From NCBI GenBank assembly GCA_963725665.1, contig CAVRZA010000003.1, positions 192,001-256,000 on the forward strand: a DNA stretch of 64,000 nt, given 5' to 3'. The notes beneath the pieces are model-generated. The model did not search any database. It was not told the DNA's origin and saw only the letters and a list, made by a program, of their open reading frames with translations. Numbering within the stretch: the stretch's first letter is position 1; each line of letters begins with the position of its first letter. Positions 62,467 to 64,000 of the stretch are shown one piece after another. A program made the position numbers and the translations under genes. The stretch comes from an uncultured Actinomycetes bacterium (GTDB lineage: Bacteria; Actinomycetota; Thermoleophilia; UBA2241).

Positions 62467-63092
62467 GCGCCGGCGCATCACGACCGAAGAAGAAGTCGCA
62501 ACGACCGGCCAGGCCGGCAGGCGAGATCCGCAAGCCTTACCCCGTGTGGCTCGTCACCACCGCGGCCTTCCTGCTGCCGGGCAGCGGCCAGATGCTGAAC
62601 GGTTTTCCCGTGCGAGGGATCATCATGCAGTTCTTCATGATCGTCCTCGGGTTTGTCACGTACAAGATCAGCAGCCCCGACATCTCGTTCATCGGCCGGT
62701 TCGCCGGCGGCATCTTCGTGTACGTCTTCTCGGTCATCGACGCCAACACCGTGGCGAAGCGCGCCATGGCTGCGTGGGAACGGATGGGTGAGGGCGGCGG
62801 CGGAGCCGGGAGCGGGCCCACGTCGTCCGGTCGGCGCCCCAATAAGGATCGAGAGCCGCAGAAAGGCGCCAAACCGTCGCGGCGCCGCGTCCAGGGGGAG
62901 GGCGAGACGCGGCAACGACCGCCGGTGCGGACCAAGCCAACGAAGCCGACGAACCCGACCAAGCCAACGAAGCCGAAGAACTCGACGAACCAGACGAAGC
63001 CAACGAGGCCTCCCGGCGAGCCCCCCCTCAAGGGGGGCGGAGGCGTCCGCGTGGCACTCGCTGCGCGCGGGGAGTCAACAGGAGTGAGCTGA
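62463..63092 (+). CDS. Membrane protein with basic repetitive tail
   Basis: LLPGSGQMLNGFPVRG, SFIGRFAGGIFVYVFSVIDA; ATG overlaps previous stop. Confidence 0.75.
   Translation: MSAGASRPKKKSQRPARPAGEIRKPYPVWLVTTAAFLLPGSGQMLNGFPVRGIIMQFFMIVLGFVTYKISSPDISFIGRFAGGIFVYVFSVIDANTVAKRAMAAWERMGEGGGGAGSGPTSSGRRPNKDREPQKGAKPSRRRVQGEGETRQRPPVRTKPTKPTNPTKPTKPKNSTNQTKPTRPPGEPPLKGGGGVRVALAARGESTGVS
62931..63011 (+). repeat. Degenerate 9-nt coding tandem repeat (T-K/N-P units)
   Basis: ACCAAGCCA ACGAAGCCG ACGAACCCG ACCAAGCCA ACGAAGCCG... Confidence 0.8.
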
Positions 63093-63182
63093 GCGCCGGC
63101 CGACGCGTCTGCGGATCCGGCCGGCCTGGGTATACTCTTTTAGTACGGCAACGAGCTTGGGACTTCGGAAGTGAATGCAGAG

Positions 63183-64000
63183 GTGTCACCTCCGCACGAC
63201 GCAGGGGACACCTCCGGTAACCCAGATCCCAGGCGGATCGCCCCATTCCTGTCTCACCACCCGCTTCTCGAGGGCCTTAGCCGTGACGATCGCGAGAGAA
63301 TGGCCGAGATGGTCGTCGTGCGTTGCGTGCCGGCGGGCGAGTCGGTCCTCGTCGAGGGCGGGCCGCCAGGTACGTATCTCTTCGTCGTCGTGGAAGGGTC
63401 GATGGAAGTCCTGGCCGGGGGCCTTGTCGTCGACGTGCTGACGAGTGGGGAGGTGTTCGGCGCCCCGACCCTGGTCACGGGTCTTGCCCCAGGGTTCTCG
63501 GTTCGCGCGCGCGAAGGCTCGACGTTGTATCTCGTCCCTCGAGAGGCGGCGATCGAGCTGCTCCTTCGCCCTGAGGGGGTCGCATTCGTGGTGGCGTCCT
63601 TGCGAGACCGGCTCGTTCACACCTCGCGGACGTTCAGATCGGTCGCCGACCCGCGGAGCGTTCCCGTTTCTTCTCTCATCCGTCGCGCGCCTGTCATCTG
63701 CCAGGCCGACACGCCCATTCGCGACGTGGCCATGATCATGAGCCAGGAGGTCGTAGCCGCTGTCCTCGTGGAGACCCGCCAGGGTCTCGGCATCGTCACC
63801 GACGCCGATCTGCGCGACAGAGTACTGGCCGCTGGATTGTCGGCGCATGCTCCGGTCGGCTCGATCACGACCACTCCGGTCCGCACCATCAGCGCCGAGC
63901 GCCTGGCGCCCGAGGCGAGCATCGAGATGATGCAAGCCGGCATCAACCATCTGGTCGTCATCGATGCCGCTGGTGGCGTGCTCGGCATCGTTTCGGCCGG
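63183..64000 (+). CDS. cNMP-binding plus CBS-pair protein (likely DUF294 nucleotidyltransferase-like), truncated by window end
   Basis: Frame open from GTG 63183 to the end: FLSHHPLL, YLFVVVEGSMEV, GEVFG, LGIVTDADLRDRV, INHLVV. Confidence 0.8.
   Translation, partial: MSPPHDAGDTSGNPDPRRIAPFLSHHPLLEGLSRDDRERMAEMVVVRCVPAGESVLVEGGPPGTYLFVVVEGSMEVLAGGLVVDVLTSGEVFGAPTLVTGLAPGFSVRAREGSTLYLVPREAAIELLLRPEGVAFVVASLRDRLVHTSRTFRSVADPRSVPVSSLIRRAPVICQADTPIRDVAMIMSQEVVAAVLVETRQGLGIVTDADLRDRVLAAGLSAHAPVGSITTTPVRTISAERLAPEASIEMMQAGINHLVVIDAAGGVLGIVSA

Overview
High-GC chromosomal window, probably from an anaerobic or deep-branching Actinomycetota (Thermoleophilia/Coriobacteriia-like; inferred from gene order and protein style). 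It has three blocks. (1) 1-14.4 kb: a type IV pilus locus with a c-di-GMP-I riboswitch, two tandem paralogous major pilins, two GT-C glycosyltransferases, an ABC/TPR accessory module, pilD, four minor pilin-like genes, pilMNO and repeated sigma-28/WhiG-like promoter motifs. (2) 14.5-51.1 kb: a housekeeping block (aroC-aroK-aroB-aroQ, pepQ, efp, pycB-accB-like fusion, nusB, ispA, dxs, tlyA, nadK, recN, pyrG, xerD, deoB, punA, pdp, rsmD, coaD, rpmF, plsX, acpP, rnc, smc, ftsY, ffh, rpsP, khpA, rimM, trmD). (3) 51.2-64 kb: an accessory methylamine block. Its key gene is a monomethylamine methyltransferase (mtmB) with an in-frame TAG at the conserved pyrrolysine position. It is followed by its corrinoid protein, an Amt channel, and an APC permease preceded by four small membrane-protein genes. 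This points to pyrrolysine use and methanogen-type methylamine demethylation in an actinobacterium-like host that still uses TAG as a common stop. No pyl genes or tRNA-Pyl are visible in the window. Many genes, especially in the first 10 kb, carry frameshifts that look like uncorrected sequencing indels, so several boundaries are approximate.
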